DNA of 24,800 bases from positions 1 to 24,800 of IMG/VR virus record IMGVR_UViG_3300037672_001138, one strand, 5' to 3'. Below are positions 1-7,580 of this stretch, in pieces. This DNA is from a virus (Duplodnaviria; Caudoviricetes). The notes under the pieces are model-generated. The model ran no database searches. It saw only the letters and a list, made by a program, of their open reading frames with translations, and was not told where the DNA came from. The position numbers and the translations under genes are program-made. Each line of letters starts with the position of its first letter. Within the stretch, counting starts at the first letter, position 1.

Positions 1-3
1 TAC

Positions 4-75
4 GCTCGAATAGCTCAGCGGTAGAGCACCTCCTTTACACGGAGATTGTCGGGGGTTCGATCCCCTCTTCGAGCA
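4..75 (+). tRNA. tRNA-Val(TAC)
   Basis: Acceptor GCTCGAA/TTCGAGC, D-arm AGCTCAGCGGTAGAGC, anticodon arm CCTCC-TT-TAC-AC-GGAGA, T-loop GGTTCGATCCC; CCA not encoded. Confidence 0.95.
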
Positions 76-97
76 TGTCCAATTCAATGTATACTTA

Positions 98-346
98 ATG
101 ATTACTATTAGATGCAAAGAGTGTAGAAAAGAACTAACGAGTACTAGCAAAATTCAGTTCTGTGGTTGTCCCAATCAAATGAGCATTGCGGATGATAAAA
201 TTGGTGCCAAAGACTTGGATAAAGTTGTGATGGTAACTAATAATGTAGAGAGAAGGATTGACAGTCATTTTTCTACTCAAGAACTTCTATATCAGGAAGA
301 GAGAAGAAGACGTAAAGTTCGTAGATTGGACTTTGATGTCCGTTAA
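98..346 (+). CDS. phage hypothetical protein with CxxC...CxC putative Zn-binding motif
   Basis: CKEC and CGCPN motifs, basic C-terminus. Confidence 0.7.
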   Translation: MITIRCKECRKELTSTSKIQFCGCPNQMSIADDKIGAKDLDKVVMVTNNVERRIDSHFSTQELLYQEERRRRKVRRLDFDVR

Positions 347-418
347 GATATCCACATAGTTTACATTAGTGTAGCAATTTGATACATTAAATAGTATTGT
401 AGACACTTTCTTTCTACC

Positions 419-574
419 ATGCATCCCGACGAATTTCAAAACTGGAAAACTATCAAAGAAACATTTGAAGAAAATGGCACAACAGACAACTATTATTATA
501 AGAGGGCTTGTGCTATAATAGGGGGGCAACCAGACCCAATGAAGAATTTTCCAAATGTCTCACAGGACGGATGA
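419..574 (+). CDS. small hypothetical protein, 51 aa (MHPDEFQNWKTIKETFEENG...)
   Basis: Translated by hand (below ORF-track cutoff); TAAATA late-type motif at 388-393 upstream; fills the gap on the coding strand. Confidence 0.65.
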   Translation: MHPDEFQNWKTIKETFEENGTTDNYYYKRACAIIGGQPDPMKNFPNVSQDG

Positions 575-737
575 AATCAAACCTGAACACTTTGTAACGA
601 AGGAAGAGTGTCAGGAAATGATTGATAAGGCTATTGACAAACACAATAAAACTGCTACAATTATAAGTGCCATCCTCGGCGGTATCCTCCTTGCTTTTTA
701 TTCGCATGGTGTGTTATCATTAGTAGGTCGTGTCTGA
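555..737 (+). CDS. small membrane protein, hypothetical
   Basis: C-terminal hydrophobic helix ATIISAILGGILLAFY. Confidence 0.7.
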   Translation: MSHRTDEIKPEHFVTKEECQEMIDKAIDKHNKTATIISAILGGILLAFYSHGVLSLVGRV

Positions 738-739
738 TG

Positions 740-793
740 GCTGCGGTGCTCCCCTTTGGTGGATTCAGGAGTAGCGGCGATAGGAATCTACCA
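740..793 (+). ncRNA. putative H-type pseudoknot RNA element
   Basis: S1: 740-744/774-778 plus 747-752/768-773; S2: 757-766/784-793 (10 bp); GC-rich patch in AT-rich context. Confidence 0.6.
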
Positions 794-820
794 CAAAATT
801 TCATTATACATAATGCAACT

Positions 821-994
821 ATGGAATTTTATTCAGTGGAATACTGGCAAAAAAACTGGGAAGAATTGATGGAAAGAGTGGAAAATGGGGAAACGATAGG
901 AATAGAAAATAATAGGGGTGAGAGGGCAGTGATGGTTCCGGCGGATGATGAACTCATACGAATATACACAGAGCAAAATAACGAAGGATCCTAA
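821..994 (+). CDS. Phd/YefM antitoxin-like small protein
   Basis: NWEELMERVENGETIGIENNRGERAVMVP resembles the Phd/YefM N-terminal pattern (LldrV..GE.v.I.r.G..aVlvp); likely start is ATG 821 rather than 737. Confidence 0.55.
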   Translation: MEFYSVEYWQKNWEELMERVENGETIGIENNRGERAVMVPADDELIRIYTEQNNEGS

Positions 995-1066
995 GGGACT
1001 GTCGCATATTGGTTAATGCTCTCTGCTTATAACGGGGTAAACTGGGTTCAATTCCCAGCAGTCCTA
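995..1066 (+). tRNA. tRNA-Ile(TAT)
   Basis: Acceptor GGGACTG/CAGTCCT, discriminator A, anticodon arm CTCTG-CT-TAT-AA-CGGGG (anticodon 1028-1030), T-arm CTGGG-TTCAATT-CCCAG. Confidence 0.88.
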
Positions 1067-1069
1067 TTT

Positions 1070-1142
1070 GCTTCCTTAGCAATCTGGTGAATGCAGCAAA
1101 CTCATAATTTGCCTAAGGTGAGTTCGATCCTCACAGGAAGCA
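1070..1142 (+). tRNA. tRNA with CAT anticodon (elongator Met or lysidine-type Ile2)
   Basis: Acceptor GCTTCCT/AGGAAGC, anticodon arm GCAAA-CT-CAT-AA-TTTGC, T-arm GTGAG-TTCGATC-CTCAC; paired 1:72 and no GGG/CCC anticodon stem, so not initiator. Confidence 0.88.
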
Positions 1143-1143
1143 C

Positions 1144-1172
1144 TTGACTCTTTTGGGTCAAACCCTTATAAT
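1144..1172 (+). promoter_or_regulatory. sigma70-type (early) promoter
   Basis: TTGACT(1144-1149)-N17-TATAAT(1167-1172). Confidence 0.8.
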
Positions 1173-1194
1173 ACTAAGGTCAACAAACAAGACA

Positions 1195-1407
1195 ATGACA
1201 CTGACTACCAAGTTCAAGAAAGACATTCAAACCCTTCGTGGGGCTGTAAATGGCGACTTCTTCCTGGATGTGAAGAATCCGAAACTTCTCAAAAAGGTTC
1301 GCCGCTACTATGAAAATAGTGGTGTAGTATTTTCTGGCGATGCTCTTGATGATTATGATATTCTGATTGAGCAAGTTGCAATTGATCTTGAAGCAGTTGA
1401 AGCATGA
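1195..1407 (+). CDS. cyanophage-type hypothetical protein (MTLTTKFKKD...)
   Basis: ATG 1195 lies downstream of the promoter; the TTG start at 1144 in the ORF track is the -35 box. Confidence 0.75.
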   Translation: MTLTTKFKKDIQTLRGAVNGDFFLDVKNPKLLKKVRRYYENSGVVFSGDALDDYDILIEQVAIDLEAVEA

Positions 1408-1643
1408 AAGTTCTATTAGAACGTTTCCCTTATCGTTATGTTGAGTGTGGCACATTGGAAATCAATGGTATGCCAGACTATCGTATTCAGAAAGCAAACA
1501 GTTGGTCAAAGAGATATGGTGATATGTATCTTCTAGACAATCAAATGCAACTTCTGACTGCGATGGATGACTTTGAGTACACCAAATGGTTAGACCCTGA
1601 AGGTGTTCCTTGCTATATAAAAGACAATGTATCTACCAGTTAA
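1404..1643 (+). CDS. cyanophage-type hypothetical protein (MKVLLERFPYRYV...)
   Basis: ATGA overlap with the upstream gene. Confidence 0.75.
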   Translation: MKVLLERFPYRYVECGTLEINGMPDYRIQKANSWSKRYGDMYLLDNQMQLLTAMDDFEYTKWLDPEGVPCYIKDNVSTS

Positions 1644-1904
1644 ATGGAAAGAGATGCCATCAATCTAACTCTTATACATGAGTGGATGACGGTAAATGAT
1701 GCTAAACTTCTACTCCATCATCAATACATGAGAGTAAGATCTCATAAAAAATATGGTGGATGGAAGACTGTTCAGACTCTTATGAATATTGCCTATGGCA
1801 TTTATCAAAGAGAATCTGAACAAAACTTGAAAGTAAGAATTGATCTCATTAAGTCACGGACGGACTCTAACAGCACTGGTCGGGATACCCCTCAAGTTTC
1901 CTAG
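1644..1904 (+). CDS. hypothetical protein
   Basis: Abuts previous stop; last ~17 codons overlap the RNA element. Confidence 0.55.
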   Translation: MERDAINLTLIHEWMTVNDAKLLLHHQYMRVRSHKKYGGWKTVQTLMNIAYGIYQRESEQNLKVRIDLIKSRTDSNSTGRDTPQVS

Positions 1905-1940
1905 TTCTTAAAATTAGGTGGTGGAGTCATTAGACCCTCT
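1851..1940 (+). ncRNA. manA-like structured RNA (partial or variant)
   Basis: AGTCACGGACGGACT...AACAG..TGGTCGGGATACCC, pseudoknot 1894-1918, TGGTG and GTC-ATTA-GAC hairpin; resembles the cyanophage manA motif as I recall it. Confidence 0.6.
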
Positions 1941-1947
1941 TAAAAAC

Positions 1948-1953
1948 TAAATA
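1948..1953 (+). promoter_or_regulatory. late-promoter-like TAAATA
   Basis: CTAAATAA about 25 nt upstream of ATG 1979. Confidence 0.45.
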
Positions 1954-1978
1954 ATCCAAGAGTTAATTTTTTACCATT

Positions 1979-2170
1979 ATGGCAACGCAAGGAAAGGCAG
2001 CAAAATCTGTAACTGGTGCATCGATGTCAAAATATGATGTCGAAGTTGAAGCAAGACTTCAAGCACTTGAAGCAGCAGTAGTCGCATTACAGGCTAGCGA
2101 TAAAGCACAACAAGAAGTTGATGCAAGATTCATAGACATGGAGAGTAAGATCAACAAACTATGGAATTAA
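1979..2170 (+). CDS. coiled-coil hypothetical protein
   Basis: Heptad-like VEARLQALEAAVVAL...MESKINKL. Confidence 0.75.
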   Translation: MATQGKAAKSVTGASMSKYDVEVEARLQALEAAVVALQASDKAQQEVDARFIDMESKINKLWN

Positions 2171-2270
2171 TTTTCTTTGTTTATTGAAAACAAAGTGGTG
2201 CGGATGGAGGTAACTCCCGCCCTGTTTCTTGCTTCAGGTAAAAGAGCAAGTGGCGTGCATGACAAGACCT
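2167..2270 (+). ncRNA. wcaG-like structured RNA
   Basis: Two UGGYG motifs (2196-2200, 2251-2255), GGAG-GTAA-CTCC GNRA hairpin, pseudoknot CCTG/CAGG plus CTTGCTT/GAGCAAG; lies upstream of an NAD-dependent epimerase, the context described for wcaG RNAs. Confidence 0.75.
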
Positions 2271-2272
2271 TT

Positions 2273-2302
2273 AAAGACGGTTGACAACAACCGTCTTTTT
2301 TT
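2273..2302 (+). terminator. intrinsic terminator
   Basis: AAAGACGGTTG-ACAA-CAACCGTCTTT perfect stem running into a T7 tract. Confidence 0.85.
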
Positions 2303-2309
2303 GTATCAT
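2281..2309 (+). promoter_or_regulatory. sigma70-type promoter for the glycan island
   Basis: TTGACA(2281-2286)-N17-TATCAT(2304-2309). Confidence 0.7.
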
Positions 2310-2331
2310 ATATAAAAGAAATAATTATTTT

Positions 2332-3411
2332 ATGGTTGATTATAAGAAAACTGCGCTGGTGCTTGGCGCAGGTGGATTTATTGGTTCTCATATGGTTAAA
2401 AGACTACGTTCCGAAGGATACTGGGTGCGTGGTGTTGATCTTAAGTATCCAGAATTTTCATCAACACACGCAAATGAATTTGTGCAAGGAGACTTGCGTG
2501 ATGTAAATATTGTCCGTCGTGTAGTTAGATTTACAGGATATCTTGGAAACTATTACGCACAGATTGCTGAAAAATTTGTACAACCTTTTGATGAGATCTA
2601 TCAGTTTGCTGCTGATATGGGTGGAGCAGGTTTTGTATTTACTGGTGAGAATGATGCAGACATCATGCATAATTCTGTCTCTATCAATTTAAACGTACTT
2701 GAGGAGCAGAGAAAACTTAATGAAAATCATGATGTAAATAAAACTAAAATTTTCTATTCTGGATCAGCATGTATGTATCCAGAGCACAATCAACTTGACC
2801 CTGATAACCCCGATTGCCGTGAAGAATCAGCATATCCAGCAAACCCTGATTCGGAATATGGATGGGAGAAACTCTTTTCTGAACGTCTATATTTCGCTTA
2901 CAATCGCAACCACGGTATTCCTGTTAGGGTGGCTCGCTACCATAACATTTTTGGACCTGAAGGGACCTGGGACGGTGGAAGAGAGAAAGCACCAGCTGCA
3001 ATCTGCCGTAAAGTCGCTTACCTCCCGGAGTCAGGTGGAGCAATCGAGGTGTGGGGAGATGGCTTACAAACTCGTTCCTTCCTGTTCGTTGACGAATGCA
3101 TTGAAGCAACTAGAAGACTGATGGACAGTGACTTTATGGGTCCTGTGAATATTGGTTCTGAAGAGATGGTTACTATCAATCAACTTGTAGATACTGCTGC
3201 TAAGGTTGCTGGTAAGGAAGTCTCCAAGATTCATATTGATGGACCTCTTGGAGTTCGTGGTCGCAACTCTAACAATGATGTAATTCGTAAAGAACTTGGA
3301 TGGGACTACAGTCAGACTTTAGAAGAAGGTATCCGTAAAACATATACATGGATTAGTTCTCAGATCGAATGGGGATCTGATGAATACTCTCCTTTCTACC
3401 ACCGAGTTTGA
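2332..3411 (+). CDS. NAD-dependent epimerase, GDP-mannose 3,5-epimerase-like
   Basis: GAGGFIG, AADMGGAGF, SACMYP, YGWEK, WDGGREKAPAAICRK motifs; start ATG 2332. Confidence 0.9.
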   Translation: MVDYKKTALVLGAGGFIGSHMVKRLRSEGYWVRGVDLKYPEFSSTHANEFVQGDLRDVNIVRRVVRFTGYLGNYYAQIAEKFVQPFDEIYQFAADMGGAGFVFTGENDADIMHNSVSINLNVLEEQRKLNENHDVNKTKIFYSGSACMYPEHNQLDPDNPDCREESAYPANPDSEYGWEKLFSERLYFAYNRNHGIPVRVARYHNIFGPEGTWDGGREKAPAAICRKVAYLPESGGAIEVWGDGLQTRSFLFVDECIEATRRLMDSDFMGPVNIGSEEMVTINQLVDTAAKVAGKEVSKIHIDGPLGVRGRNSNNDVIRKELGWDYSQTLEEGIRKTYTWISSQIEWGSDEYSPFYHRV

Positions 3412-3412
3412 T

Positions 3413-4114
3413 ATGAGTAAATTAGGACCTTATGCTTCTTATAGTAAGGAGACTGGATATGCTACTTGGGACTATCCAACATCAGAGTATGTTGGAATCT
3501 TTGAAAGATTAAATGTTAATATTAATGGAATTTTGCATGTAGGTATGTGGGATTTTGTTGAGCATGATTGCTACACAAAACTAGTTGGAACAAATGTGAT
3601 TGGTGTAGAAGCAAATAAGTTTGTTTATGAAACTATGTCAAAACCAGTGGCAGATAGATGTGGGTATAAGTCATTTAATGAATGTGTATTCAGTGAAGAT
3701 GGGCTCAAAAAGAAATTTTATCTTGCAAATGATTCATCAAGTCTTTCTCCTATAGGTGGAAACTCAGTTGAAGTAACAACAAAAAAACTTTCTACTCTTG
3801 TTGAGGAGAATGATATTGATATGAATCAGTATGATTTTTTAAACATTGATGCTGAGGGAGCAGAACTTGAAATTCTAAAAGGATTTGAAGACTACCTTCA
3901 ATACATTAATGTAATTGATATGGAAACATCTTATGATGACCGAAGTAATACTGGTGCATATCATGATGTTATTGTAGAATGGTTAAAGGAAAGAAATTTC
4001 TCCCTTGCAGAGATGTCTGACTCATACCAATATGAAAGGTGGGGTGATTCTGTATTTGTAAGAAACGATAAAGAGTTACAACCCTTTGATAACAACAAAT
4101 ATTTACTGAAATGA
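3413..4114 (+). CDS. FkbM-family SAM methyltransferase
   Basis: ILHVG, IGVEAN, YDFLNIDAEGAELEILKG motifs. Confidence 0.8.
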   Translation: MSKLGPYASYSKETGYATWDYPTSEYVGIFERLNVNINGILHVGMWDFVEHDCYTKLVGTNVIGVEANKFVYETMSKPVADRCGYKSFNECVFSEDGLKKKFYLANDSSSLSPIGGNSVEVTTKKLSTLVEENDIDMNQYDFLNIDAEGAELEILKGFEDYLQYINVIDMETSYDDRSNTGAYHDVIVEWLKERNFSLAEMSDSYQYERWGDSVFVRNDKELQPFDNNKYLLK

Positions 4115-4911
4115 AAAGAAAATTTAATCTTGTAGGTAATACTTTTACTCATCTTACGAATGGGAATAAAGGATATTCTGTTCACGGTAAAGAATCTAAG
4201 TACATTGAGTGGGTTGCCAAAGGTGGTGATGCAACTTTTTATATTGATAATACCATCAATGATGGTGTGAATGATTCTAGAACTGGCCCTAAGTATTTGT
4301 GGCTTCTTGAGTCTAAGTTTATTAAACCCGGACTTGTAGAAAGTATTATTAGCAATCAACAACTAGTTGAAGACACATATGATACTATTTTTACTCATGA
4401 TCAGAGACTTCTTGCTCTAGGTGACAAGTATAAATGGGTTCCTGCACAGGGTTTTTGGATTCAAGAACCAAAAGTTTATGAGAAATCTAAAATGATTTCT
4501 ATGATTTCCTCAAACAAACGTATGTGTGAAGGACATGAGACTCGTCTTGAATGGGTAGATAGGATTGGAGACCAAGTAGATCTCTATGGTCGTGGGTTTA
4601 ATGAAATTGAATTGAAGGAGGAGGGTCTATGTGATTACATGTTCTCTGTTGCAATTGAGAACGGACAATATGAAACATACTTCACTGAAAAAATCCTTGA
4701 CTGCTTTGCAACGGGGACCATTCCTGTTTATCTTGGTGCTCCTGACATTGGGAATCACTTTAATATGGATGGAATTGTAAACCTTACTGATGAATTTGAG
4801 GTATCTGAAGACATCTATAATGATAAATTTGATGCGATTCGGGATAATTTAGAGAGAGCAAAGAAGATGGAAGTTCTTGAGGACTTTATCTGGGAGAATT
4901 ATTTACAGTGA
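4111..4911 (+). CDS. glycosyltransferase family 10 (alpha-1,3-fucosyltransferase-like)
   Basis: YMFSVAIEN...YFTEKILDCFATGTIPVYLG GT10 motif. Confidence 0.85.
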   Translation: MKRKFNLVGNTFTHLTNGNKGYSVHGKESKYIEWVAKGGDATFYIDNTINDGVNDSRTGPKYLWLLESKFIKPGLVESIISNQQLVEDTYDTIFTHDQRLLALGDKYKWVPAQGFWIQEPKVYEKSKMISMISSNKRMCEGHETRLEWVDRIGDQVDLYGRGFNEIELKEEGLCDYMFSVAIENGQYETYFTEKILDCFATGTIPVYLGAPDIGNHFNMDGIVNLTDEFEVSEDIYNDKFDAIRDNLERAKKMEVLEDFIWENYLQ

Positions 4912-5615
4912 GACCTTGTTTAATTAAACAACCTGCAGGTATTGGGGACATTTTCTTCTGCCAAAAGATTGCTAGAATAATGATGGCACAAGGATATGAT
5001 ATTATCTGGCCACTAAGACCTGACATCATTTGGATTAAAAATTACATCAAAGAGTTTAATTTTCCAACTACTGAAGATGATTTTCCTATGAAAGACATCT
5101 ATCAAAATGGTGCTGGATGTGCAATTGAAGAAGCAGGTGCTTTTATTAGCACTGCGACTGCAGATATGACACATAATGATGGTAAAATTATGAGTTCAAA
5201 ATATTCTATGTTGAATATTGATCACTCTGATTGGCAAAATTACTTTAGGTTTACTCGTAATATTGATAAAGAAGAGGATTTATACTATAATGTTCTTGGA
5301 CTCAAAGATGATTCTGAATTTGTATTCATCAACAATCTACATAACACTGATGTGATCAATAGTGGTATTCTCTCTCCAGAGAATTATAATTTACCTGCTA
5401 TAGAACTTAAAATTATTGATGGGTTTACACTATTTGATTGGTGTAAGGTTCTTGAAAAAGCAAAGAGTGTGTATACGATTAATACCTCAATCAATTATAT
5501 TATTGATGTATTAGAAACTTCATACGAAAGGTATGTAATTATTGCTCATAACGAGCAGAATAAAACTGAAATTGATTATCTATTTAAAACCCCACATGAA
5601 ATGATATGCAAGTAG
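4908..5615 (+). CDS. putative glycosyltransferase (GT-B-like), uncharacterised
   Basis: N-terminal GIGDIFF motif and late TINTS motif recall GT9-like proteins; island context. Confidence 0.5.
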   Translation: MRPCLIKQPAGIGDIFFCQKIARIMMAQGYDIIWPLRPDIIWIKNYIKEFNFPTTEDDFPMKDIYQNGAGCAIEEAGAFISTATADMTHNDGKIMSSKYSMLNIDHSDWQNYFRFTRNIDKEEDLYYNVLGLKDDSEFVFINNLHNTDVINSGILSPENYNLPAIELKIIDGFTLFDWCKVLEKAKSVYTINTSINYIIDVLETSYERYVIIAHNEQNKTEIDYLFKTPHEMICK

Positions 5616-6097
5616 TAAAGTATAAGGATAAAGTTTACCCACACTTTCAATCAATTGGTAATGCATCACAGTTTGCTATACCATATGCCAAACATTTTTG
5701 TAAAGGTGATGGGTATGATATTGGTTGTATGAAACCTGAATGGGCTTTGCCTAATGCAACACCTATTGATTTGGACTTTGATGACCCTTGGCACGCTGAT
5801 AACCTACCTGAAGGGCAAGTAGACTATATCTTTTCTAGTCACTGCTTAGAGCATGTTCCAGACTGGGTAGAGACCCTTTTATATTGGACTGAGAAGATTA
5901 AATCGGGAGGTACTTTATTCCTATATCTTCCCCATTATGATCAAGAATATTGGAGACCATGGAATAATAGAAAACATAAACATGCATTTTTACCTGTCAT
6001 GTTATTTGATTTTATGAAAGACGTAGGTTATAATGAAATATTTGTAAGTCAAAAAGATTTAAACCATTCATTTATTATTGTTGGAGAGAAAGCATAA
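5606..6097 (+). CDS. class I SAM-dependent methyltransferase
   Basis: YDIGC, VDYIFSSHCLEHV, KSGGTLFLYLP. Confidence 0.85.
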   Translation: MQVVKYKDKVYPHFQSIGNASQFAIPYAKHFCKGDGYDIGCMKPEWALPNATPIDLDFDDPWHADNLPEGQVDYIFSSHCLEHVPDWVETLLYWTEKIKSGGTLFLYLPHYDQEYWRPWNNRKHKHAFLPVMLFDFMKDVGYNEIFVSQKDLNHSFIIVGEKA

Positions 6098-6735
6098 TGG
6101 GACAACTTAATCAAGCAATCAAAATTAAAAATGTTCTTAAGTTCTACGATATTAAAAACTTTGTAGAAACGGGAACTGGTATTGGTGAAGTGGTAAGGTC
6201 AGTATGTGAGATTGATCGGAATATTAATATCCATACCATTGAGATAATCGAAGAAATTTACGATAAGAATAAAATTTCTTTATCTTATTTGGATAATGTT
6301 AACTGGCATCTTGGACAATCGTCAGATGTTCTACCAGATATTGTTCCTTCTTTGCAAGGAAGCACACTCTTCTGGATGGATGCACATTTTCCTGGAGCTG
6401 ACTTTGGATTAGCAGAGTATGGTGATGAAAAAAATATTGATAAGAGACTTCCTTTAAAGAGTGAACTTGAGATTATTGTAAAGAACAAAGATGTTTCAAA
6501 CGATGTGTTTATAATTGATGATCTTCGCATTTATGAGGATGGTCCTTTTGAGGCTGGAGTATGGAAAGATCGTTCTAAGTATGGTGGTGACGGCATTGAA
6601 TTTATTGAGGAATTATTTGAAGAAACTCATTATGTTGTTAAGTCATATAATCAACAAGGATATATTATGCTGTTCCCTGTGAATAAAGACATTGAGGAAG
6701 AGGCATCAAATTTGGTTGTTGGTTCTGTTGAATGA
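6097..6735 (+). CDS. putative SAM-dependent methyltransferase
   Basis: FVETGTGIG, IHTIE, GQS, LFWMDAH, IIDD motifs. Confidence 0.7.
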   Translation: MGQLNQAIKIKNVLKFYDIKNFVETGTGIGEVVRSVCEIDRNINIHTIEIIEEIYDKNKISLSYLDNVNWHLGQSSDVLPDIVPSLQGSTLFWMDAHFPGADFGLAEYGDEKNIDKRLPLKSELEIIVKNKDVSNDVFIIDDLRIYEDGPFEAGVWKDRSKYGGDGIEFIEELFEETHYVVKSYNQQGYIMLFPVNKDIEEEASNLVVGSVE

Positions 6736-7580
6736 TGGATAAAAAAATTCTTATTTCTACTTGGTGTACTGATGATTATTCTGAGTATCTTGGTGTAGAT
6801 AAACTTGCAAATTCTATTAAGTATTTTCATCCTGAAGTTGATCATGTAATTGTCAACACTAAGATGACGGAAGATATTAATCAGAAGTATTCTCCTTGGA
6901 TGAGAGATATTTGGATGATGGCACCAACGTGCCTTCCATATATTGACGATTATGATATGGTTATTCATCTTGATGCTGATGCTGTTGTCTGTGGTCCGAT
7001 GGATGAATTGTTTAACAGTACTGCTGATGTAATTGGTGTTAGAAACAATAATAGTTTTAACAAAGCAGGATCTCATAATGGAATTACTATCCCACATTGT
7101 GAACCATTTGGGGATGGAAATTTTATTCCTATGCAAGGATTTATTAATGCAGGACTAGTTGCTGTAAATAGAAAAGAGTTTTGGCAAGATTGGCACACAC
7201 TTAATGATGCTGCAGCACATAATAAAATGTATGCATTTGGTGATGAGAATGATACTTTGAATCAACTCTTTCATTGTGATAAGTATAATTCTGAGGTTAT
7301 TGATGCAATTGGAACAAATGTATCATATGGTATTTGTAGTTGTTGGGGTGATGATCCTAACAATCACTGGGAAAGTTGGTCGCAAATTTACGTAAAAGAT
7401 GATAGACTATATCTTGATGACCCTGTAAGTGGGGATCCGATGTGTTTAAAGGTTATGCATCAAGCTGGTGGTGCAACTAGTGGGGTTGTAAATAGAGCAT
7501 CCGGTGGATTCCGTAATTGGTTATCCTCAGTTGTTTCTTCTGAAGTTAGTGATTACTTAAACGAGGTTCAAAATGGATAG
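6732..7580 (+). CDS. GT-A fold glycosyltransferase (GT8-like)
   Basis: IHLDAD (DxD), FINAGLVAVN, DENDTLN. Confidence 0.7.
   Translation: MMDKKILISTWCTDDYSEYLGVDKLANSIKYFHPEVDHVIVNTKMTEDINQKYSPWMRDIWMMAPTCLPYIDDYDMVIHLDADAVVCGPMDELFNSTADVIGVRNNNSFNKAGSHNGITIPHCEPFGDGNFIPMQGFINAGLVAVNRKEFWQDWHTLNDAAAHNKMYAFGDENDTLNQLFHCDKYNSEVIDAIGTNVSYGICSCWGDDPNNHWESWSQIYVKDDRLYLDDPVSGDPMCLKVMHQAGGATSGVVNRASGGFRNWLSSVVSSEVSDYLNEVQNG

Noticed and set aside
370-386. TGTA-N9-TACA here and at 18888-18904 as NtcA sites
   Set aside because: NtcA needs GTA-N8-TAC; spacing is 9, and such a match is plausible by chance in AT-rich DNA
720-793. -1 frameshift or readthrough fusing ORF 555 to the Phd-like ORF via the pseudoknot
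   Set aside because: No X XXY YYZ slippery heptamer at a suitable distance; the readthrough frame gives nothing recognisable
740-793. HDV-like/theta or hammerhead ribozyme
   Set aside because: No P3/L3 or P1.1 elements and no CUGANGA/GAAA core; it does not abut a tRNA 3' end
1851-2270. CRISPR or mini-array interpretation of the repeated modules
   Set aside because: Units conserve structure rather than sequence, spacing is irregular, and there are no cas genes
2281-2331. N-terminal extensions given by the ORF track (2281, also 1144, 20839, 24111)
   Set aside because: The upstream starts fall in promoter boxes, terminators or preceding genes; downstream ATGs fit better
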